Shown: positions 56,777 to 64,000 of the stretch, piece by piece
How positions within the stretch are numbered: position 1 is the first letter of the stretch
How the letters are laid out: the number at the start of each line of letters is the position of its first letter
Source: an uncultured Gammaproteobacteria bacterium
GTDB lineage: Bacteria; Cyanobacteriota; Vampirovibrionia; LMEP-6097
NCBI GenBank assembly: GCA_964517685.1
Contig: CAZFCF010000011.1
Span: 3,630-67,629, forward strand
DNA length: 64,000 nt
Direction of reading: 5' to 3'
The notes under the pieces: generated by a model
What the model was told of the DNA's origin: nothing
The model's database searches: none
The model's input: only the letters and a program-made list of their open reading frames with translations
Made by a program: the position numbers and the translations under genes

Positions 56777-58573
56777 ATGCCTAATTCCGACTCGAAAACT
56801 CGAGTTTTCTCAATCATAGCCCATATCGACCACGGCAAATCTACTCTTGCAGATAGATTGCTTGAAGCTACTGGCACTATTGCTGCGCGTGATATGCAGG
56901 CTCAAGTATTGGATTCAATGGATATTGAAAGAGAACGTGGTATCACGATCAAGCTCAACATGGCAAGAATGGAATACAAAGGCTACATTCTAAATTTAAT
57001 TGATACTCCTGGGCATGTAGATTTTACTTATGAAGTTTCTCGTTCACTAGCTGCATGTGAAGGTGCTTTGCTAGTAGTAGATGCAACGCAAGGTGTAGAA
57101 GCACAGACACTTGCAAATGTTTACTTAGCACTTGAGCATAATTTGACTATCATTCCAGTTATCAACAAAATCGATTTACCAAGTGCTGATGTCGAAAGAG
57201 TAAAAAAAGAAGTAGAAGAAATTATCGGTATGGATTGTTCTGATGCAATTGAGATCAGTGCAAAGACAGGACTTAATATCGACAAGCTTTTAGATGCAAT
57301 CATTGAGCGTATTCCACCTGCACCTTGTGATATTTCTAAACCACTTAAGGCATTAGTTTTTGATAGTTACTATGATTCATATTTAGGAATCGTTGCTTAT
57401 ACAAGAATTCTTGAAGGGAAAGTTTCTAGATTAGATAAAGTGAAATTTATGCAAGCTGGAAATTCATACCAAGTTATAGAGCTTGGTTATAGAAGTCCAA
57501 ACAAAAAAGAATCTGCTTATCTCATTGCAGGTGATGTAGGCTATATCGCTTGTTCAATCAAAGAGATTCAGAATATTGTCGGTGACACTATTACCAATGC
57601 TGAGCACCCAACCGCGCAGCCAATTCCTGGTTATAAAGCGGCAACTCCTGTAGTCTTCTGTGGTTTGTATCCGGTAGATGCTCATCAATATGAGGATCTT
57701 AAAGAAGCACTTGCTCGATTGAAACTTAATGACTCCTCTATCTCATTTGAGCCAGAGAGTTCTAAAGCACTGGGTTCTGGCTTTAGATGTGGTTTCCTTG
57801 GTATGCTCCACATGGATGTAATCCAAGAAAGATTAGAGCGTGAGTATGATATGAATCTGATCATTACTGCACCTAGTGTGATTTATAAAGTTCATAAGAC
57901 TGATGGCAAAATTGTTTTAATTGATAACCCAAGTAATCTTCCTGATCCTACCTATATAGACTTTGTTGAGGAGCCTTATGTGAGTATTAGCATTATGCTT
58001 CCGCAAGAATATGTTGGTGCAATCATGGAGCTTTGCCAAGAGAAGCGCGGAATTTTTGTGGATATGCAACATTTGAAAACTAGTAGTACTCTATCGCGCA
58101 CTACCTTGACTTATGAAGTACCGCTTGCTGAGATCGTTACAGATTTTTTTGATCAATTGAAATCTCGCTCTAAAGGTTATGCAACCATGGATTATGAGAT
58201 TAGTGAGTATAAGAAAAATAATTTAGTGAAGATGGATATTCTGCTGAATAACGAGAAAGTAGATGCTCTTTCAATTATTGTATTTAGAGATAGCGCTCAT
58301 ACTCTGGGAGCTAAGCTTGCTAAAAAACTGAAAGAAGTTATTCCTCCGCATTTGTTTGAAATTCCAATTCAAGCTGCTATCGGTGGCAAAATTGTTGCCC
58401 GTGAAACAGTAAGAGCTCAACGTAAGGATGTACTTGCGAAGTGTTACGGTGGTGACATCAGTCGTAAGAAAAAACTTTTAGACAAGCAGAAAAAAGGTAA
58501 AAAACGTATGAAGAACGTTGGTTCAGTTGAATTGCCTCAAGATGCTTTTATGGCTGTGCTTAAATTGGATTAA
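56777..58573 (+). CDS. lepA: Translation elongation factor 4
   Basis: [53 protein letters not shown]. Confidence 0.97.
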   Translation: MPNSDSKTRVFSIIAHIDHGKSTLADRLLEATGTIAARDMQAQVLDSMDIERERGITIKLNMARMEYKGYILNLIDTPGHVDFTYEVSRSLAACEGALLVVDATQGVEAQTLANVYLALEHNLTIIPVINKIDLPSADVERVKKEVEEIIGMDCSDAIEISAKTGLNIDKLLDAIIERIPPAPCDISKPLKALVFDSYYDSYLGIVAYTRILEGKVSRLDKVKFMQAGNSYQVIELGYRSPNKKESAYLIAGDVGYIACSIKEIQNIVGDTITNAEHPTAQPIPGYKAATPVVFCGLYPVDAHQYEDLKEALARLKLNDSSISFEPESSKALGSGFRCGFLGMLHMDVIQERLEREYDMNLIITAPSVIYKVHKTDGKIVLIDNPSNLPDPTYIDFVEEPYVSISIMLPQEYVGAIMELCQEKRGIFVDMQHLKTSSTLSRTTLTYEVPLAEIVTDFFDQLKSRSKGYATMDYEISEYKKNNLVKMDILLNNEKVDALSIIVFRDSAHTLGAKLAKKLKEVIPPHLFEIPIQAAIGGKIVARETVRAQRKDVLAKCYGGDISRKKKLLDKQKKGKKRMKNVGSVELPQDAFMAVLKLD

Positions 58574-58588
58574 GTTATTATCTGGGCT

Positions 58589-58686
58589 CCGTCATCCTGA
58601 GCCACGAAGTGGCGTAAGGATCCAGTACTACTGAAAAACTTCTAGTAACCTGGATTGCCACGCCACTTCGTGGCTCGCAATGACGG
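58589..58686. repeat. Inverted pair of family A repeats (BIME-like)
   Basis: CCGTCATCCTGAGCCACGAAGTGGCGTAAGGATCCAG (58589-58625) and CTGGATTGCCACGCCACTTCGTGGCTCGCAATGACGG (58650-58686). Confidence 0.88.
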
Positions 58687-58733
58687 CTTTTGCTTCAATA
58701 CCAAACCTGCCTTACAATAGTAATTGAGCGCCT

Positions 58734-61700
58734 ATGCTTGAGCTTTATATTTTTAATAAAGAATCACCCAATAAAGATGGACTTACGTTCTGGGATAAAC
58801 CCACAGACGAGCCTCTTGAAAACTCTTTAACTTATAACTTAGATAGATTTAAATTCAAAGATAGTAGCTTGCATGTTTTTCCTGAACTTGCACAGGAGTT
58901 AAATTATTTTTATAAGGAAAATGAAGTCCTAAAGAAGTTCTTTGAAAAGCACAGTAGCACTGCGATTCAAATTAAGCTAGTTGATAATTATCATCACTTG
59001 GTTTGTTATGAGCCGAGAAATAGATCTTTAATTCTTGATTCCAAAATCCAAGCCAAACTCAGTCCCCTATACCTTTTTGCGATTTATTATACTTTTGCAC
59101 GTGAGACTAAAGATGAGGATGAAATATTTAAAACCCTGCCTGAATTTTTCTGGTCCTTTGAACTAAAAGTTTTAGAAACACTTGCTACTTTTTTTGATAG
59201 AGATAAAAAAGGTCCTTGCCTTTATGATGCGGGCGGACATTTCTTTGATTTCATTCAATATCTAATAGAGCTTAAACAAAGAAAGCCAAATTATGAAGAT
59301 CTTTCTTTCGCAGAAAAATCTGACATTTATTTAAAAACACAATTATTTAGGAACAGATCACTGGCAGGTAAATTGCCTTATGATATTTTTGCTTTTGCAA
59401 ATGTACTCAGCAAGCATACCGATGATCCTTTTGGAGCCCAGGCTATGACTGAGCTTTATGATTCAGTAAAAGAAAGTTATGATGAAGTTTTTTCTAGAAA
59501 GTATTATAGGCATCTTTGTCAGTCATTAGAACAAATTGGTTTAGGAGTTGTTGCTCAACGTGGTTCACGTGTCGCGCATGAACAGGGTCCTATACTTATT
59601 AATTCTGGTTTGCTTGATTTCACACCTGAGTTTGAAATTAAGATCAAAAAATTTAGATCTTCGGTTGTTGAAGCTGTATCAAAGGTCGAAGAGTCTTTAA
59701 TTAAACACTTCGATAATCGTTTTTCTTTTGCTCAGCCATTAACTAGCTTAGAGTTTAATGTGGCGTTGGCTAAGATTAGTTTAGATATTGATTTAAATAT
59801 TTCTTCTTTAGTATATTTCTGTGAATCCAAGAACATCGCAAAGTCTAGATTCGAGAGAGCTTTGATTGAATTAAGAAATGATTTCAGTAAATTTTTTGCT
59901 GAAATTTTCAAGGAGATTGAGAGAAGACTGACTAACGATGCTAGTTTCAGCAAAGAAAGTTTTTGGGCAATTTATGATCAATTAAAGAACCAAGAAAAAC
60001 ATTTAGTATTCGCGCTTATAGAAATTGAAGATACTTTAAAGCAAAGTCCAATTACTAAAAAGAAAGCAGTAGTTTATATCCAAAGACCAAGCTCAAGATC
60101 TGGGCATTTTATTCCAAGAATTATTCTGGGACAAAATCTATATATTGAAACTGATGAAGAATCAGAGAAGCATAGGCTTAAAGCTATTCCTTATAACTTT
60201 GTTAGTCCGGAATATATTTATGTCTCTGATGGTATAGATGCTTTCTTCGAGAACGCTTCTATTTCAGTTGTAACTGATAGAAAAACTGGTGACCCTTATA
60301 TTAAATGGGAAAATGCTGAAGATTTGGCAATTAGCTTAGCGCCAGGAATGTATAAGTCCATCAAAGCTGCTCAGGAAGAGGGGCGGAACTTTCATTATCA
60401 ATTAGAAACTACTTTGTTTGGACCCTTAATAGAACTTTTTCTAGTCTTGCTTGAAAATGAAATCTCGAATATTGCCACTATAGAAAGACACAATATTTAC
60501 AAAAGTTCACAATTAACTATCTCGGATTTACAGAATCTTGATTCAGGTATTGATTTGGTTGCAAAAAATCCTGAGCTTGAAAAAATCCTAGAGTCATATA
60601 AGTCTGAGATCCTAGAATCTTCTGCTTTTGTCTTTTCTTATTATTTACTTGAAGATGAACTTGAACAATATAAATTAACAGAAGGTTTGGACGAATTTAG
60701 AGCAATTTCAGAGATGATCTTGAATCTTCGAGATGTTCAATCGGATCTTGCTAAATACTGCCTACTTAAAAGAAAAGATCCAACTAAGTTCAATGCTTTC
60801 AAAACCTTTGCAACTGAACTAATTCAAAAATCTCTGCAAAGCCAGTCAGTAACTGAGCAAAGAGATTTAGTTAAAACAATTTCTGATGAATTATCTAAGC
60901 ATATTTCAAACATTGAAGCAAAATCTTTTATCAAAAAATATGTTCGTTATCCAGAATCAACAGCATGTAAAGAGTATTTAGAAAAGAATGCTGCTATTCA
61001 AAAAATAATTGTAACTTGCAATAAAAATATTAAAGATGCTGATTACTATTTTGATTTTACGGTAGCCCCAAGTCGTATCGATTTTGGTAAGCACGTAGTG
61101 GCTTCAATTACTACTTTAATGGGTAGAATTCTCGGTGCGGATGATTATGAGTCCTTAGAGAAAGGCAAAGAGTATATTGACTTAGTTAGTAAATCTAGGA
61201 ATAACTTCTTTGAGTCAGCTTCTGAAGCGGGTTCAGTAAAAGTACTTGAAAATACCTGTAGAGCTTTGCAATATTCTAAAGCAATTTCTTTCCAAGGCGC
61301 TTTTCAGAGCTTTGCTATTGATGGTGCTCAAGCCCGCATGACTATTAACTCCCGTAATACCAAGGCTGCAGGTTTGCATATTATGGAGTATGGCACCATG
61401 GCTTCAACTGGTTACTGTATTACTAAAGAACCTCTTTTTATTCTTCTTGCTTATTCAATTGATTCTGATTCACTGTTCGATAAACTTGGTATCGAAGATA
61501 AGCAAGTGCAAGCTGAACTCAAAGATTTTTTCAAGAATCTACTTAAATCTAAAGCTAGCTTTGCAAGTAGTATCGATTGGGAAATTAGTGCTTATGAAGA
61601 AATGGCAAGCTCGCCTTTAGTGAAGAAATATTTAAGTGATTCAGAGTATTCTTGGTTACCTAATCTGAAATCCTTAATAGCTTTAATCAAACATCTTTCT

Positions 61701-64000
61701 GACTATGGTACTGAAGATGAACTAGTTAGTAAAACTTATTCAGGCTTGGCAGCTAAGCTTATTGAGTTTGGCAGGATTATCAATGAAACCGGCATAGTAC
61801 AAAGGATTCAGATTATGAATTCTGCTATCCGTCGAGCTAATATTAATCAAAATTTTGATAAAAACTATGAGGATTTGATTATTACTCTCAATGCTTCTTA
61901 TAAAGGGAATGTCTCAGATGAACGTGAGAATGCTAATCAATATTTGATTGCACTTCTCTTGCAACAAAAACAATACATCAAGAATGTTTCAATTCCTGAA
62001 ATAGAAACATTAGTAGATTATCAAATTAAAAAATATTCTTTACCGAAAGAAATTAGAGTCTTTGATCCATTTGTAGATAAAGAGATATTTATGGGTGGTG
62101 AGCTCAAGACTAAAGCCGAAGATATTTTGCATAAGCTGGTTGCTTTAGAGTTTAAAACTCCTTTAAGTCGTGAAATTATTGAAGCTTGTGTGCTGAGTTA
62201 TGGATCGGATTATAGTAAGTGGCGAATCTTTGATAAACGTTTCTCTGAGCTAGATACAGTTAAAGCAAATGATATTAAAGCCAAGATCTCGGGAATGCAG
62301 GCTGAGATTAAATATCTAGAAATTTATTTAAAAGGATTTTTCAAAGATTATAAGCTAGCTTATCAAGGTGTTGATGTAATCCAGCTTAACTCTGATCATG
62401 ATGAGTTAATTAAGATGTTACAAAACTTACCTTTGTTAAAGTCTTTAATGCAAATTAACAATGATGACTCACTTCTTGTTCTCGTTGATAATCCTCAACA
62501 AGCCAAAAAACCTTTCTTAGATTTTGATAGATCACTTGAATGGATGGCTCTTGGTGGCACTATTGCTTCACATCTTATTGCTGAAGAGAAATATGAAGAG
62601 TGGAGAAAAGATATCAATAGCTCTTGTAAGTGGGCTAAGCTTTATTTGCAAAAATTGATTTATGATGAAAAGCATTCAGAGATTGACCTACGGGCTAATG
62701 CTGACTACCAAAAAATCTGCGAAGAGTTGCTCGTGACTTTTAACTTTACTAAGCGTTATGCAGATCTTAAGCGTGATTTGATTCTACAGAAATATTATGA
62801 AGCAGAAGAGATGAATTCTCCTTTTGTGATTTTACGTAGATATCAAGAAATTATAAATTGCTACTCTCGCGTTAAGGAATATGTAAGCTATAACGAATTA
62901 GATTTTATTGATTGGTTGATTTTAGGTGGTCGTTGGTTACTCAATGGTCAGAACCAAAGTGATATTGATTTTGCTATGCATCTTTTCGAAAATAGAAAAA
63001 ATCAAAATCATAAATCCAGTAAGAAAATGCATGAAGCTGTAAGCCTTTTGGTGAAAGCTTTTGAAGTCCCTGATATTGAGAGAAAAAATCGTATCATCAA
63101 AAATGCTGGCTCAACTAAAGAGGCTGATTTGGTTGTAACTAGTGCTTCGGAAAATATAGAACTCAGAATTAAAGAAAAGAATAAAACCAAGAATATTCTT
63201 ATCAAGCAACAAGAATTCCAAAACTTCGATGCGAGAATTCGTTCTACGATTGATGTGAATAATTATGAAGCTCTTGAACAGCTTTGGGAATCTAATGTTC
63301 AAGAATATGTTCAATTATTTAAATCTAATAAAGCAGATGCGGCTGAACTTTATAAATCTTTTGCCAAAATACTTAAAATTCTAGAACTCTATGGAGCTAA
63401 TTTTATTAGTTATGAACCAAGCCTGAAAAATATCATTAATGACTTTGTTAAATTAAAACTTGTAAATGCTTTCTCTTTGATACCAGTTTTTGGCGATCAT
63501 AAAGCAACTGGTGGAGTCTTCCAAGCCCTAGCGCAAAAGCTGTCAATGACTGGCTTAGATCAAGAGAGTATGCTTGATAAGCTCGCTAAATTAGGAGAGA
63601 TGTTTGTAACTTCTTACTTGATTTATTTGGTTGCAAGTATTGAAGATGAGAATGAACTGATTAATAACCTGGGAATTTTCTTTGATCAATATATTAATGT
63701 TCACGAAGAGGATTACCCACCATATATGTTCCACAGTATTTGCGCGGGTGCAAGTTTTGGTTTTAATCAAACTTACTACCTGGATACTAATTTAAGAACC
63801 AAGATGTTCAAGCTTGCTTGTAGAACCGGAATCTATATCTATAAGATTTCCCATTACTTGCTTTCTCATAAATCTATACTCAAATATACTTCTCAGGAAT
63901 ATAAAGATGCCCTGATTGGCGATTATGAAAATGGCATTATTCCAATTGGCTATCAACATGAGACTATTTGTATTGAAGAAAGGCTTTGGGATTGTATGAA
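58734..64000 (+). CDS. Giant protein (>1755 aa, runs off the right edge) containing a split UDP-glucose/GDP-mannose-dehydrogenase-like region
   Basis: ATG at 58734; the same frame holds at every checked point up to 64000. Motifs: APSRIDFG, EAGSVKVLENT, GYCITKEP, SYKGNVSDERE, VFDPFV, SDHDE. Confidence 0.8.
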   Translation, partial: MLELYIFNKESPNKDGLTFWDKPTDEPLENSLTYNLDRFKFKDSSLHVFPELAQELNYFYKENEVLKKFFEKHSSTAIQIKLVDNYHHLVCYEPRNRSLILDSKIQAKLSPLYLFAIYYTFARETKDEDEIFKTLPEFFWSFELKVLETLATFFDRDKKGPCLYDAGGHFFDFIQYLIELKQRKPNYEDLSFAEKSDIYLKTQLFRNRSLAGKLPYDIFAFANVLSKHTDDPFGAQAMTELYDSVKESYDEVFSRKYYRHLCQSLEQIGLGVVAQRGSRVAHEQGPILINSGLLDFTPEFEIKIKKFRSSVVEAVSKVEESLIKHFDNRFSFAQPLTSLEFNVALAKISLDIDLNISSLVYFCESKNIAKSRFERALIELRNDFSKFFAEIFKEIERRLTNDASFSKESFWAIYDQLKNQEKHLVFALIEIEDTLKQSPITKKKAVVYIQRPSSRSGHFIPRIILGQNLYIETDEESEKHRLKAIPYNFVSPEYIYVSDGIDAFFENASISVVTDRKTGDPYIKWENAEDLAISLAPGMYKSIKAAQEEGRNFHYQLETTLFGPLIELFLVLLENEISNIATIERHNIYKSSQLTISDLQNLDSGIDLVAKNPELEKILESYKSEILESSAFVFSYYLLEDELEQYKLTEGLDEFRAISEMILNLRDVQSDLAKYCLLKRKDPTKFNAFKTFATELIQKSLQSQSVTEQRDLVKTISDELSKHISNIEAKSFIKKYVRYPESTACKEYLEKNAAIQKIIVTCNKNIKDADYYFDFTVAPSRIDFGKHVVASITTLMGRILGADDYESLEKGKEYIDLVSKSRNNFFESASEAGSVKVLENTCRALQYSKAISFQGAFQSFAIDGAQARMTINSRNTKAAGLHIMEYGTMASTGYCITKEPLFILLAYSIDSDSLFDKLGIEDKQVQAELKDFFKNLLKSKASFASSIDWEISAYEEMASSPLVKKYLSDSEYSWLPNLKSLIALIKHLSDYGTEDELVSKTYSGLAAKLIEFGRIINETGIVQRIQIMNSAIRRANINQNFDKNYEDLIITLNASYKGNVSDERENANQYLIALLLQQKQYIKNVSIPEIETLVDYQIKKYSLPKEIRVFDPFVDKEIFMGGELKTKAEDILHKLVALEFKTPLSREIIEACVLSYGSDYSKWRIFDKRFSELDTVKANDIKAKISGMQAEIKYLEIYLKGFFKDYKLAYQGVDVIQLNSDHDELIKMLQNLPLLKSLMQINNDDSLLVLVDNPQQAKKPFLDFDRSLEWMALGGTIASHLIAEEKYEEWRKDINSSCKWAKLYLQKLIYDEKHSEIDLRANADYQKICEELLVTFNFTKRYADLKRDLILQKYYEAEEMNSPFVILRRYQEIINCYSRVKEYVSYNELDFIDWLILGGRWLLNGQNQSDIDFAMHLFENRKNQNHKSSKKMHEAVSLLVKAFEVPDIERKNRIIKNAGSTKEADLVVTSASENIELRIKEKNKTKNILIKQQEFQNFDARIRSTIDVNNYEALEQLWESNVQEYVQLFKSNKADAAELYKSFAKILKILELYGANFISYEPSLKNIINDFVKLKLVNAFSLIPVFGDHKATGGVFQALAQKLSMTGLDQESMLDKLAKLGEMFVTSYLIYLVASIEDENELINNLGIFFDQYINVHEEDYPPYMFHSICAGASFGFNQTYYLDTNLRTKMFKLACRTGIYIYKISHYLLSHKSILKYTSQEYKDALIGDYENGIIPIGYQHETICIEERLWDCM

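Noticed and set aside
178-63314. Numerous 60-130 aa track ORFs antisense to or inside long genes
   Set aside because: They are shadow frames of well-supported genes, including those inside the 58734 giant ORF and the 1-851 ORF.

Overview
This is an AT-rich bacterial chromosome segment, most likely from a non-photosynthetic relative of cyanobacteria (Melainabacteria/Vampirovibrionia). That assignment is inferred from cyanobacterial-type ldpA, ycf45, a DprA-like gene and tRNA-Lys, alongside an FlhB/SctU gene and no photosynthesis genes in the window. Housekeeping content: queE/queC/queF, pcrA, uvrB, clpP/clpX, secE-nusG, lepA, corA, malic enzyme, umuDC, tRNA-Gln, tRNA-Lys and a sulfate-assimilation operon (sir-cysH-siroheme genes). 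A surface-glycan locus carries three sulfotransferases, a sulfatase-fold enzyme, a GT2 and a flippase. The most unusual items are: (1) orphan helical proteins with Ser/Thr/Asn-rich N-termini, including a 3-gene operon resembling a type III translocon, plus a stand-alone FlhB/SctU; (2) three families of palindromic repeats, two of which have copies in-frame inside protein-coding genes; (3) a ~200-nt structured RNA candidate with its own promoter; (4) a >1755-aa ORF, absent from the ORF track, that contains a split NDP-sugar dehydrogenase; (5) a catalytically dead UmuD; (6) tRNA-derived duplications at both tRNA genes. All family calls come from motif recognition, not from searches.
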